Origin: Octopus bimaculoides
Lineage: Eukaryota
DNA length: 64,000 nucleotides
Direction of reading: 5' to 3'
Assembly: GCF_001194135.2 (NCBI RefSeq)
Contig: NC_068986.1
Location: forward strand, 1,230,088 to 1,294,087
Shown here: positions 1-13,300 of the stretch, in pieces
Layout of the letters: each line of letters opens with the position of its first letter
How positions within the stretch are numbered: the stretch's first letter is position 1
The notes under the pieces: model-generated
Seen by the model: the letters and a program-made list of their open reading frames with translations, nothing else
Database searches by the model: none
What the model was told of the DNA's origin: nothing
Position numbers and translations under genes: made by a program

Positions 1-720
1 TGAGTGCACACATATAAATACACACATACACATGCACATACGATGGGCCTTCTGTAGTTTCTATCTAACCCAATTCTCTCACAAAACACTGGTTGCTTTG
101 GGGCCATAGCACAAAATGCATAAGGTCCTGTGTAATGGGACTGAATCCAAAGCCAACGTTATTGCAAAGTGAACTTATTAACCACACAGCCATCCCTGTA
201 TACTAACAATGAATTTTGAAAATACATGTTGCAGTCTTGAGATGTCAATACAAGCAAAAATATTAGCAATTATTTACACTCACTTCAAATAGCATTAAGA
301 GAATAAAATCTTGTTCAATTTGCTTCACCATATTTCCAGATAAAAGACAAGCAGGCACAGAGCATGTCATAATTATACATCTCAACACGCTTCTAAAGCA
401 AACTGTTGTCTCTTTACAAGTGGAAATATTGATCAATTTCTTGTACTCAGAAAAAAAAAGTGATGTCATAGAATTCTAGACAAGTCTTACAGATCTTGTA
501 ATACAAAAAGCCACAAGCTCTTTGGTCTGTTCATTTGAAATATTAAGGAAATGGTCACGGACGGGATCCATCACTTCATTTATTGAGTCCACAAACCAGT
601 GTTCTGTAAAGACACTACAGAATAAATCAAATTGATATGATGTCTTGCTTATATCTTTTAATTATTTTTATTCTTTTTGTTGATATTTAATATATAGAAA
701 TCAGGTGTATTTGGTTTCAA

Positions 721-905
721 ATTTTGGCACAAGGCCAGCAATTTCAGGGGAGGGATTAGATTGATTATATCAACCTCAGTACTCATCTGAAAGGATGAAA
801 GGCAAAGTTGATCTCAGCAGAATTTGAATGTAGACTGGAAAGATGGACACAGTGCCACTAAGAATTTTGCCTGGTGTGTTAACGATTCTGCCAGCTCGCT
901 GTCTT
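721..905 (-). mobile_element. tRNA-derived SINE (family A)
   Basis: Reverse complement reads GCGAGCTGGCAGAATCGTTAAC...TTTGCCTTTCATCCTTTC...GGCCTTGTGCCAAAAT. Other copies at ~5262-5455(-), 18245-18365(-), 41905-42090(+), 42615-42815(+), 50905-50985(-), 57296-57410(+). Confidence 0.8.
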
Positions 906-1132
906 AACATTTTAGCATTCAGATGCAATGCTGTCAGATGTAATGCTTATTCATTCACATTATTTTCAATTAATCATACATTATCTTGTAGCTTTCAGAT
1001 TCTGATGATGTGATCGTTTATTTTTAGAGTGATATTGTAGGGTAGGTGTGGAGGCCAGATCTGGCCAGTTTGAGCACAAAATAGGTAGAATATTTGGGTT
1101 GGATATGGCCCATTTAAAAGCTGAAGGGTTAA
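904..1132 (+). mobile_element. piggyBac-like MITE (TTAA-flanked)
   Basis: TTAA at 904-907 and 1129-1132; degenerate CCCTTTAGCATT...GCTGAAGGG termini; internal sequence shared with four other copies. Confidence 0.7.
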
Positions 1133-3214
1133 CCCTTTAGCATTTAAACTATATATTTTTTTCATTTCTCATTTTGAAAACAAAATCTTGAAATTATGTC
1201 AGTTGGAAGTGGGAAGAAATAAATTTTGCTCTGTGAAACTACTACATGGGAGTTATTATTTTTACAGCTTCATGCATTCAATGGATGTTGAATCCCTATT
1301 TAGAGTGACTAATGCATTGTTTTATTTACTTTTATCACATTTGATTCTAGTTTGTTCCTACAATCTTATTGGGTTACATTGGGAAGTAATATCCAATATA
1401 TATTATTACTATGCTTAACAGTTTCAAGACTGATTGCTCAACACCAAAATTCATTATTGGTTTTTGCTTATTTATATGTTTTTATTTTATAAGTTTTTGT
1501 TGGGTCTCTTGCTTCTGGGTTACATAGCAATAACATTCAAGGTAAAATGCTGCATACTTACCAATCTTCATGCCAGACTTTTACATTGGACTATGTGTTT
1601 TATATTAATTATTTCATTTTTATTTCATTTTATTTTATCTTATTTCTTTTTTACATACATACATGTTAAATATGAGAATTTAATCTTTCCTTATTTTAGT
1701 GCCAAGAACTGCTCATGGAGAAAAAAGGGCATGTCAGTTTATCTCATGCCTCTGCCATTTCATCAATAACTCAACCACTATAGCTAATTTTATTGTAGTA
1801 AATCTCCAGCAAATAAATGTATTTTTTCACATTTTTAGAATAATCTTTTTTCTTGTGCTCTCTTTCTTAATTGAACTTTCTTGGAAATTTGTTTCCTTGC
1901 AGATGTTTGTAGTTCACATTTTGGTTGTGATGTTTATCTGTTCAAATTTATACTTTCTTCTGAGAAGTATACTGATATATTTTTTCTGTTATATACCAGA
2001 ATTCCAAAATACATTCTAATATATCATCATCATCATCGCCATCATTATCACCATCATAATTCAATATCTGTGTTCCACTCTCGCATGGGTTGCACAGTTC
2101 GACAGGATCTGATAGGCCTAAGAACTGCATCATGCTCCAGTGTCTGCTTTGGTGTGGTTTCTATGACTGGATGCCTTTCCTAATACCAACCATTTCACAG
2201 CATGTATTGTTCATTTTTTCCATGCCACCAGCACTAATAAATCCACCACGAAGACTGCAAGGCTATGAACCCTGAAAGGGCAACAAGATGAGGGGTTAAC
2301 AGATGAGAGAAGTAAAAGTATGAGAGAAGGGTTCAGTATAATACCTATCTGTAATTTGGCTTGTATTGTAAATAAATTATGGAAACTGCTTTTGAATTTG
2401 TATAGGTGAAGACAAAGTTGTATGGTTAAAGAGTTTGCTTTGTAACCACATGGTTTCTGGTTCCATATTACTGCATGGCACTTGGGAAAGTGTTTTTACT
2501 ATCATCTTGGGTTGACTAATACTACATGAGTAAAGTTGGTATACAAAAAGTTGCACAGAAGTCTGTCATGTATGTATATGTATGTGTGTGTGTGTGCACG
2601 GGTATTTTCTGAATGTCTTCACATTGGCATTGTTTAGGTGACAACAATGTTATGCTTATATCTCCCTTCTTGTAGCATGTTGGTTTTGATGTGTTAAAAC
2701 CTGTGGAATAAAAAGTACTTTACTCAAAAAATAGCAAAGGGTTGATGGCAAGAAGGGTATCTGGTTGTAGAATACTGCCTCAATAAGTCTCATACAACCC
2801 ATCATCAGAATGGAAAAAATAGATGTAAAAAATGATGAAGACGGTCCATTTTTATAATTACTTTATCACTCGAGTTCAGTTGTTTGAATATGTGATGCAT
2901 ATTTTCTTTGTTACTCTTTGTTATTCTTTAACAGTGAAAAAATAAGTATCTCAAATTTTTGGAGCTGTTTGATGATATTTCCATTTGTCATTTGATTTGT
3001 CAGTCTTTGTCATTTGATTTACTGTTCTGTTCATAGATTTAAAATACTGTTGAGAAGGTATGTAGCCTAGTAGTTAAGCAAGTGAACTATTGATCATAAA
3101 GTTGTGGGTTTGGTTACAGGTCTTGTAGGTATTTTATATACTTGAGCAAGCCATTTTACTTCACTCAGCTATGCAAAAACTAGTATCACACCTGACAGAA
3201 TGACCTCTGATTGT

Positions 3215-3432
3215 AATATTGGTTTCAACTTTTGATACAAGGCCAGTAATTTCGGGGGGAGAGTGTTAACCGATTACATCAACCCCAGTGCTCAACTTGT
3301 ACTTATTTTATTGACCCTGAAAGGATGAAAGGCAAAGTCTACCTCAGTGGAGTTTGAACTCAGAATATAAAGATAGATGAAGTGTCACTAAGCATTTTGA
3401 CCGGCTTGCTAATTCTGCCAGCTCACCACCTT
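3215..3432 (-). mobile_element. SINE family A copy
   Basis: Same head, core and tail motifs as the 721-905 copy. Confidence 0.8.
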
Positions 3433-3448
3433 CCCTCTGGTTTTAATA

Positions 3449-3626
3449 ATCTTTTCTACTCTAGGCACAAGGCCCAAAATTTTTGGGGAGGGGGCCAGTT
3501 GATTAGATCGACTCCAGTATGTAACTGGTACTTAATTTATTGACCTCAGTGGAATTTGAAATCAGAATGTAAAGACAGACGAAATACTGCAAAGCATTTC
3601 ACCTGGCATGCTAACGTTTCTGCCAT
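3449..3626 (-). mobile_element. SINE family A copy with 15-bp TSD and internal deletion
   Basis: Flanked by identical CCTCTGGTTTTAATA at 3434-3448 and 3627-3641; lacks the GAAAGGATGAAAGGCAAAG segment. Confidence 0.85.
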
Positions 3627-3959
3627 CCTCTGGTTTTAATATTTATCAATAAAAATGCATTGTCTCACTAGATTAAGTATGTTTATAGTTTTGCATGAAG
3701 TAATAGATTTTATTCCAGGACCTTATTTTATATTTATGCTATTGGAAGCCAATTAGGTTTGGCTGTTTTTTCACTGTATCTTCACAAAACAAGCAAAGAA
3801 GCATATTTTGTCTCTTTCTGTTGAATGTTATTATAATCTTGTGCCAATAATTCTTAACTATAAAATCTTTCTGATCCTTTTTTTTTATGAAACAGTTTTT
3901 CCTCCTGCAGTTGTGAAAGATTCAGTTGGTGGAATACACTTTATTTGTGTTAGTGGAAT

Positions 3960-4300
3960 TATAGTATTTTGGACTGTATCAAATTGTGGTCAGATCACTT
4001 GAAAGTACCATCAGCAATGTGAAACCCAGTACAACTTGTTGCAGAGTTGGTTCATCTGTCTCTAAGCTAGCAACCTCACCTAGGTTGCTCGGTGAGAGAA
4101 GTAATTTTGAACACTCAGCTAGATGGAAAACAAGACCTGTCAAAGAGTGGATAAATTCATTGACCATCCAAATTGTCCATATGCACATTAAATCTGTGTA
4201 TGTCCATATTTCATTTAAATGAGGCATGGAAGAAATAAGTAACCTTCATCATCACAACTTTAAAGTTGGCAGTAGCAGGTCAAGAAGAGCAACTGGTGCA
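3960..4300 (-). mobile_element. Possible LINE APE-endonuclease relic
   Basis: Minus-strand frames contain FNVHMD (cf. GDFNxHxD) and, after a frameshift, DEPT...GFTLLMVLS (cf. V..PT...G..LDLVL). Weak, motif-only evidence. Confidence 0.3.
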
Positions 4301-5963
4301 TGTAACCACAGACTGGCAAGCTGGACTAGCAGCCATAATACAGGTTAAGTATCTGGTATGATGTTATATGGTTTGAACACAAGTTAAATGGAGATCCTTT
4401 CAGCTACTTTAGCAATCTTCTGCATTCTTATATAGGCTTAGTTGTCCTAGCTTTACCTTACAACTGAACATATCAGTGAATTTAATGGGTACACAGCTCT
4501 TTCTCACCGCAAAAAAAAAAAACAATGAACCTTTGTTCATCTGGCATCTGTAGGTAAGACTGCATGGTACATGTTTGACCGACCTCATGCAAAAAGGTCA
4601 ATTGCACTTGTCATGGCAGTTGAAGTATTCTGCACACCTGCACCAATGAAATACCACCATTTCTGTAGTTTCAGGTGCACAGAGGATGTAATAGGGGTGG
4701 TGGGAAATTGTGAGTCTCTTTCACTCCCTCATGACTGCATTCCTTGTTGATGTGCTGCATAGTCAGTCATGGTTTTTATTGATTACTGATGGTCTAAATC
4801 CTTCTAGAGCCATTGGTGGCAGGTCTTTCATTACAGTGTTCAGGGATTCAAACATTTTGACAATGAAATACTGATGCTTCCATAGCTTCAGGAACTCAGA
4901 AGGTGTAGTATAAGCAGGAGCAGCTGTGATTCTCTCCTCCTCATCACAGATGTGTCTTTCTGTTGAAGTGTCAAATGGTTGAAGTCATTGTCTTCCCTGA
5001 TCAGTCCTTACTAAACATGACAGCATTAAGCATCTTCTTTTGTTTTCTTTTCTCCATTTTTTCTCTCTCTTATTATTTATTTATTTATTCATTCATTCAT
5101 TTCTTGTTTTTAGTAGTGCCAAGTCATTTTCAACTGTGACAATCCAACTACTATTTACAAACCCTAAAGAGTTGTGACACCCAATCAAAAGCTACTGCTG
5201 AGAACCAAGTTTGAGTCTTCTACAAATTACATTCTACCATACTGATTTCAAATTTTTCACACAAAGCCAGCAATTTCAGGGGAGGTGCTAAGTCGATTGG
5301 ACTGACTCCATTGTCCAACTGGTACTTATTTTACCAACCCCCAAAAGGATGAAAGACAAAGTCGACCTCAGTGGAATTTGAACTCAGAACGTGAAGATGC
5401 ACAAAATGTCACTAAGCATTTTGCCCAGTGTGATAACGATTCTGCTAGCCTGCAGCCCTGTTATATTCTACCATATAAAAAAATAAAGAACACGCTGGAA
5501 AATATAGTCCTAGATAAACAGTCTCTGCAGAAAAAATGGAGAGGTCATGGTTGGTACATCTTTGATCATAGCTCTTCTCAGGGCTGACTTGGTGCTATAA
5601 AAACAACAACCTGTATTTGGTGGTTATTAAAGCAAATCTGGGAATCATGATACATTTATGTTTCTCTACTTAAAGTGTAGTTAATGTATAGTTATTGACG
5701 TGTCTTAGTATATTTACTGTTTATACTTTAATGGACAACATCCAAATATCTGAGTCATTGATACAAGCTTCCAATCTTTCATCTTTGTCTGAGAGGTTTA
5801 TATCGTGTAGTCTCTGAATCCCTGATAATCTTTTATTTAGATTCTGTCTGAGTGGTTTATCCTGTAAATATAATCTCAAGATGAGAGTTGCTGTATACAA
5901 TTAGATATCATCATCATCCTTCTGATGTCGATTTTTCCACGCTTGCATGGGTCATACTTTATA

Positions 5964-5997
<34 letters not shown>

Positions 5998-6654
5998 TAC
6001 ATGCATACAGTGTGTGTTTGTGTGTGCATATACGGTTATGCATATATTCCCCTAGTGTTTTTGTGCATATATATGTATGTATCTGTGCTTTTATTATCTA
6101 TATGCATGCCAGCAGCCTGATTCCGATCGTTTATGTGTATATATGTGTATATATATGTGTATATATGTGTATATATGTGTGAATATCACAGTTGACAAGC
6201 TACTTGTCATAGTTACAGACCTGGTAAAAAAATAAAAACAAACTGTCACCCTTAAACTGACTAATATCCCTCTTCTTCCTTCCCATTGTAGTCCTCCCTC
6301 ATATCTCTCTCTTATCTCATTCATATTATTTCTGTCTTCAACTTCACTTTCTCCCATATGTTCTTTCTCCTACCGTTTATTTCCTATTTATAACATCTAA
6401 ATTCTTTTTCCATTCCCTGTCATTCTCTACTTTACTCTCTCTCGTAGATGACAAAGAAAAACTTTTCTTGTTTCTCAAAGAAGAGCTTTGTTTGAAATGT
6501 CAGGAAATTCTCCCAACAGTGTATCGACTTCAGAATCTTTACACGCTACCCATAATATATTGACCCTCTAATATAACATATTTACCTATTAATATATTTA
6601 GTACTTCAAATAAACATAACATATACCAGTTATCCAAAGTTTGTATTTCTTATC

Positions 6655-6968
6655 TGGCAGAATTGTTGAGTATCAGAAAGAATATCTTGTCCCAACTTTT
6701 ATATTCTGAGTTCAAATTCTGCCAAAGTCAGCTTTGCCTTTCTTATCCCCAGAGTCAATAAAATAAATGCCAGTGAAGTATTGGAGATGGTGGTATTGAC
6801 TAAACCCTCTCCTCAAATTTTTGTTGGTTTTGTGCTTAAATTAGAAACATACAGTTCGTCTTTTTGGGATTGACAAAATAAGTACTAGTTGAGCATTGGA
6901 GTCGATGTAATTGACTTACCTCCGACCCTAAAATTGCTGGCCATGTGCCAAAGTTTGAAACCATTATC
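6655..6968 (+). mobile_element. SINE family A copy plus a second 3' half
   Basis: TGGCAGAATTGTT...TTCTGAGTTCAAATTCTGCC...; tail motifs repeated at 6855-6968. Confidence 0.7.
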
Positions 6969-7169
6969 ACCGTTCTGTAGATTTGTCTAACCTTGATCAG
7001 TTTCAGCACCATATTGATTTTTCTATCAGAAACAGTTGCTAGCAGGGCTATCAACCGTTCTTCCTTTCTGAAGAAATGGATGACCGGGAAAACACTCACA
7101 ACACAGCACAGATGATTCTGAGAAAGAGATATGATTCCAGTTTGCTGCCCTTAATAATAATAATAATAA

Positions 7170-7385
7170 TAATTCCGAATTTTGGCACAAGGCCACCAAT
7201 TCTGGGATAGTGGGTAAGTTGATTACATTGACTTCAGTGTTCAACTGGAACTTATTTTATCAACCCCGAAAGGATGAAAGGTGAAATTGGCCTCAATGGA
7301 ACTCAGACTGTAAAGATGGACGAAATGCTGCTAAGAATTTTGCCCCAAATGCAAACAATTCTGTTAGCTCACTGCCTTAATAATA
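7170..7385 (-). mobile_element. SINE family A copy, antisense, with (AAT)n ends
   Basis: Reverse complement of the family A consensus seen in the window. Confidence 0.75.
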
Positions 7386-10300
7386 ATAATGAATATATAG
7401 AATATACAGACAGACGTAATGAGAGATAATGTTTTCACATGAATTATGGGAAAAGTGACAGCAACATTTTGGCTGGCATCCTATTGATTTGGCCGGCTGC
7501 TACTCTCTTGTACTCTTGCTAATGTCTGTATTTCGTTTCTTATTTTCATCATTGGAAAGGCACTCTCTGTCGAAGCTGCTTAGATCTGAAGTAAATTAGA
7601 TTTAGGTAGACTTACCCACCCCATCCAATGGTTTTTAAACATTTCATGTATCTGTTGGATGGATTACGTCAAATTTAATAAAGAATAACAGAATAATTCT
7701 TAATCTAATCAGTAAATCTAGTTAAATTGTTAATTCTAATGCTGTATCACGTTGCAAGGACTTTCAGGGTTATTCCCTGTTGTGCAAAAAGCTTAAAACA
7801 TTGTGGAAAATCTTGTTTTAAATAATATTAATTAAAATGCCATTCTTTGTTATTCAACAAATTAGCTGGTTATTGAATCACACATGTTAAAAGGAGACAA
7901 AAGTACAGGAAAAATATTTAATGTATATTAGTGAAGAATTCACTTTACTAACATTTGACTTTTACCTGTATCTCATGCTAATGTGTCTCATTGCAACAGT
8001 AAGATATAATCTATGATAAAATAGCATTTTCTTGGAAAGATTCAAACAATTTGTTCATCCATTTAATGTATGTTTTTCTATGTTAGCATTGGTTAGATGA
8101 GTCTTATTTTGAAGCTAGACACTATTCTTACCTGTTTTTCAAGTAAGGGATTTTCTAATCCACAGGTCTTTGAAAGCATAGAGAGACTGATTGTAATGTT
8201 GACAAGGAATGTAAACATTATATTCCCATATCATTTAGATGTTGATAATTGAAGCTATATAACATCAACATTCACATACACATACATGATGACCTTCCGA
8301 ATGTAGGACCAAAGCCCCCTAAGACAAAACCTCCTAGAAAAAAACCCTAAGAAAAAAAACTGTGAGGATGAAACCACCACCAGGACAAAAAAAAAAAAAC
8401 AAGCAATTTTTAAATCATAATTTTTATTCTTATTATTTGTAATGAACACTTCCCTGAGATGTAAAATATTACATTGATTATATAATAACTCGAATCACAA
8501 AAATGAGCATAATAAAAAGAACATCATATATCTTTGAAAAATTGAAACAAACACAATATTGAAAATCTCATTAAGTGTTGAGGTTCATTTAAAGTACTTT
8601 TTACTAGAACTTGATGTTCCTCCAATTTCATTTACATAGTCCTAAAGGGTTCTTTTTTTTGTCTCATTGGGGTTTTGTTCTAGGGGGATTTTGTCCTAGA
8701 GGGCATTTTTGTCTAGACTCCTGGATTTCCATACAGTTTCCATCTATCAAATTTACTCATAAGTCATTTATCCTCATCATCATCGTTTCACGTCCGCTTT
8801 CCATGCTAGCATGGGTTGGACAATTTGATTGAGGACTGGCGAGCCAGATGGCTACGCCAGGCTCCATTACGCATAAATATTTATGTGTACTTATACATGA
8901 GTAAACATTTATATTTATATTTATGCTTAGATACTAAACTTTTGAAACAAATTTGTGTAAATTTCCACCATTCCACCGATTGACTCTGCTACTATGATGT
9001 GATTGAACTTTTCTTGTCTTTTCTGTGGAAATTTGCTACTGCATATCAAAGTGCATCAACTACAATGAACAAAATGAGAATTTACAAGCAATGTCCTATA
9101 ACTGCAAGTCTGCCATTGTTGCATTCGTATCACCTTCAAATTTATATGAGACACTCTCCTGGGAAGCATTTACATTTGGATAAAAGAATAAATCCAGTTG
9201 ATGTCAGGTTTCTTCTCCACAGGGTCGCTTCATTCATATGTATCTATGCATTACTCTTTTGTTACTCTATGGAATCTTTTTACTTAATATTGCTTTTGAA
9301 GACAGGTTAGCAGTTTTGGACTTGTATTGACCCAATATTCAAGAGGGTACTTATTGATTTTTTTTTGCCAGTCCTGGTGTTTTTGTAACTATCGTCATCA
9401 TCATCATCATCATCATCCTCCTTTTACCCTCCACATTTTGATGCTTGCATTTTTTTTTGTCTTGCAAGTATTTGATGACTTTGTCAATGCAGGAGCCACT
9501 TAGAAGCACCCAGTCCACACTGTAAAGTGGTTGGTGTTCAGAAGGGCATCCAGCTGTAAAAACCTTGCCAAAACTGACCTCGCCTGTGCTTGTGCCATGT
9601 AAAATGCACTAAGGCACTCTGTTGAGTGGTTGGTGTTAGGAAGAGCATCCAGCTGTAAAAATCTTGCCAAAACAGTCACAGAAGTTTGGTACAGGCTTCT
9701 GCCTGGCTGCCTCTTGTGAAACTATCCCACCCATGCTAGCATGGAAGGTGGATGTTAAACGATGATGATGATGATGATGATGTGTGCAGTTTTGGTACTA
9801 CCACTAGGCAGACTAGACAATTGCCTTGGAGACACCACATAAATTCTGAATAAATTGGACAAATTTTTCAATACAATTAAAATAATGAAAACTTGGTAAT
9901 AAAAAGCATAGATTAGATCGCTCTGGAATAATGTTTGAGCAGTAACAGGAAATTGAATCATTACCAAATATGCTATTGATACAATATTGTAAAAGTATAT
10001 ATTAAAAACTACTACTGTTGGCTGTATTCATGAAACAGAGCTGAGAGAAGAAGGGCATGCACTGGCATATAGTGCAGAATACCTTGGTACCAGCCCTGTG
10101 TGTGTGTGTGTGTTTATGGGGTACTTTGGGGCATGAAGTGCTGGAATCTTAAAAATGTTTTCTGTATGGAGCTAACTCTGATACTGAGAAAAATAGAACA
10201 GTTAATATCATTGTTGTTATTGCTATGGGTAGTGAAAAATGGTACCCTGAAGTGAAGATTTTGTAATTGGTCTTATTTTGTTGTATTTGTCTGAGCATTT

Positions 10301-13300
10301 GGGAAAAACACACTTTTAAGGATTTTAAAGCTTATACTGTGCAGAGACATTACTCATATGTTGTTCATATGTTGTTCTTGTTTAGCCTCAAGTAGGTCCT
10401 GGTCAAGCTGACCTTCGACCATTTCATTCCAGCCATGATCATCCCATCATTTTTCCAGACTTGATCTTTCTTTCTTTAGAATTGTTCTGTGATTTCAGGA
10501 AAACTCCGACTGCTTCACTTAGCAGATTGATCAATCACATACAGGTTCTCTACTAGTTTATTTGGCTGTTTCCTTGTCTTGAATTTTCATCATTCAATCA
10601 CTGGCATTCCAATAATGACCCTCCCATCTTATATTCTAGAATAATTTATCCAGCATTTTCTTCCATTAAGACAGTAAAACACTTGACTGCTGTTTCTAGC
10701 AGGTTGAATGACATCATAGAGGCTTCTTTGTTGGCTTATTGTAGTTATAATTAATTGTAAATAGATTCTTATCTTGAAGTTAAATAATTCATAATTGTGT
10801 ATGTACTGTTCAATGTTTGACTATTAGCACCAACACTGGTAATACTTCTCATTACACCAAATCTTCCACAGGCTGACCAATGTTGTTATGACCATGTGGA
10901 AGTGTTTAAAGTAGAGTGTCACTAACCAGCTCCCCTTTACATTTCCATTTGTGCTTCTTATTCTAAATGGATTTATATATACATGCCTGTTAGACAATCT
11001 GTACACTTTTTATTACAGTGCTGCTCTCCTCTCCTTTTTGTGTACCTCCTCCTCCTCCCTGACCCACTCCTATTATCTTCACCTTTTCTCCAAACTGATA
11101 TTCACCATTGACCATGAACCTTCCCCTGTTTGCAGTTCACTGCATCACCTAGGTCCCTATATCCCTACTTCTAATTATCTATTGCTTGCCTCACTCTCTC
11201 ACAAACTTACTTGATCCTCTCTCCCTGTTCCCATCACCTGATTCTCTGTTCCTGTCCCCCTCACATTCACCCTTTTGTATTTTGAAGGTATTTTCGGGCA
11301 CCCCATCATAAGCATCTTTTTCCCTGTTTTTCCATATATCTTCTCAGCAGCACAACACTCCTACCTACTCCTCTGTCGTACTCTTGCCTCTCAACATTTG
11401 GTATAAATCACCGCCCTCAACACTACACCACCACCCTCAATCAAGGGATCTTTGTCCTGCAAGCTACTTGCCAACCTCACTAACAGCATTGAATGAAAAG
11501 GCATCCAATATACTGCAAAGTGGTTAGTGTTAGGAAGTGCATCCAGCCATGGAAACCATGTCTCAACAGACATTGGCCTTCAATGCAGTCCTCAGATCTG
11601 CTGGATCCTATTAAGCCATCCAACCCATGCCAGCACGTAATACAGACACTAAATGACGATGATGATGATGATGATGGATCTTGCAATAAGCTTTGCTTCA
11701 TAAGAAAGTAGTAGTTGGCTGATGATATGAGTTACATATTTCTAACCAATTTAATTATTATTATTACATGGTGGGGTATTTTTTTTTTCGAGCCAACAAA
11801 AGAGTTTGTACACGATCAATTATTAATCCATAGCAGAGTTTGATAATTTCCAGTGCTACAATGAATCTAACACTTCAGTGTCTTCATATGTGAGTGTGGA
11901 AGAGAGAGAATGTGGTATCATTGCTTTGGCAAGTTAAAGTTATAAGAACAAAAATGCTATTGATAGCATGTTTCTCTAGAACACCACAGTTGGTGTCAGC
12001 TCACAGAAATGCTGAGTATTTTTTTATAGATTTCACTCCTGACTCACTAGATATGTTTTTTGTTATATTTAGAAGTTTGCTTTGTATATTTTGCAGTTAC
12101 TTCCTTGAAAGAAATTATTGAAACTGAACATTTTTTTATTGACCTTTTGCTTCTTTTAGATTATTTGCCTTTTTTAGAAAAAAGATTCTACTGTCACTGT
12201 TAATATGAACATTGGCAATAGAACAGGTCTGTGCAAAATTGACTGAATAAATAATCTAAATCTGTTATACTAAGGCTATAAATGTATTGTTATGATATGT
12301 TGTACAAGGAAAGTTGTGATTGCTTGGAGTAATATTCCTTGGTTATTCAAGTTTTGTTTATAATATCATTGTAAAATATATGACTAAGTAGAATTAATTT
12401 TTTAGATTTTATTCCTTTAGAATTGGTGTTAGAATATCTCAGTTTCCAAAGTTTTTTCTGTTGATTTATCAGTCAGAAGTAAAATTTATTCAGTTCAAAT
12501 GTCATTTTGATATCATGTGAAACATTCAACTATTAATATTTTTCAGTATGAATTTTAAAATCATCAATAAAGAAGTCATAAATAACATTCAGGCTCTTCT
12601 CGTTAAAGAAAACTGACTTAAAACCATTCAATTTCTTAATTAGAAATAACTGAAATACTAAAATAAGTGACAGTTCAACATCGCTTAGTCTTGTGGGGTT
12701 TTAATTTGTTAGAGATAGTTTGTTAGTGACAAATGTTTGATAAAGATTTTGTCAACGATAGTCACAGGAGTTCTCCAAAGTTTCCAAGGTACAAGGTTTC
12801 AAATAGAATGTGTGAGAAAGAGAATTAAATGTTAAAATACTTTTGCCATACTTTAGATTCCATTGTTTAAATCTTAGAAATTACATTTTTATTCATTTGC
12901 ATTTATCCAATATTGCTAAAAACCCATTTCTCTAACCCATTTCCTTATCAGCATTTATTATATTAGACTGGAAGCAATAAAGTAATTACAGTATTTGATA
13001 GCATAAAAGATGCATGAGCATCTTGGATGCACACCTATTTCAGCAGTGCATATTCAGGAAACAAAAAAAAAGAGAAGCTTTTAGTGCATTAAAACATCTA
13101 ATATTTAATTGGAGGCTCAACTTCACTTATAGGACTCAGGGTGACTTTTTGAGATATATTTTGTATCTTGTATGCTGTCAAGTAATTAAGCCATTGAATG
13201 GTTTATATATATATTTTACCAGTACATGTTTCCATTTTTTTAGTATTAGATCATCCAAAACTGTTTTTAAAAAAATCAAACAAAAAATATCTAATCAAGT

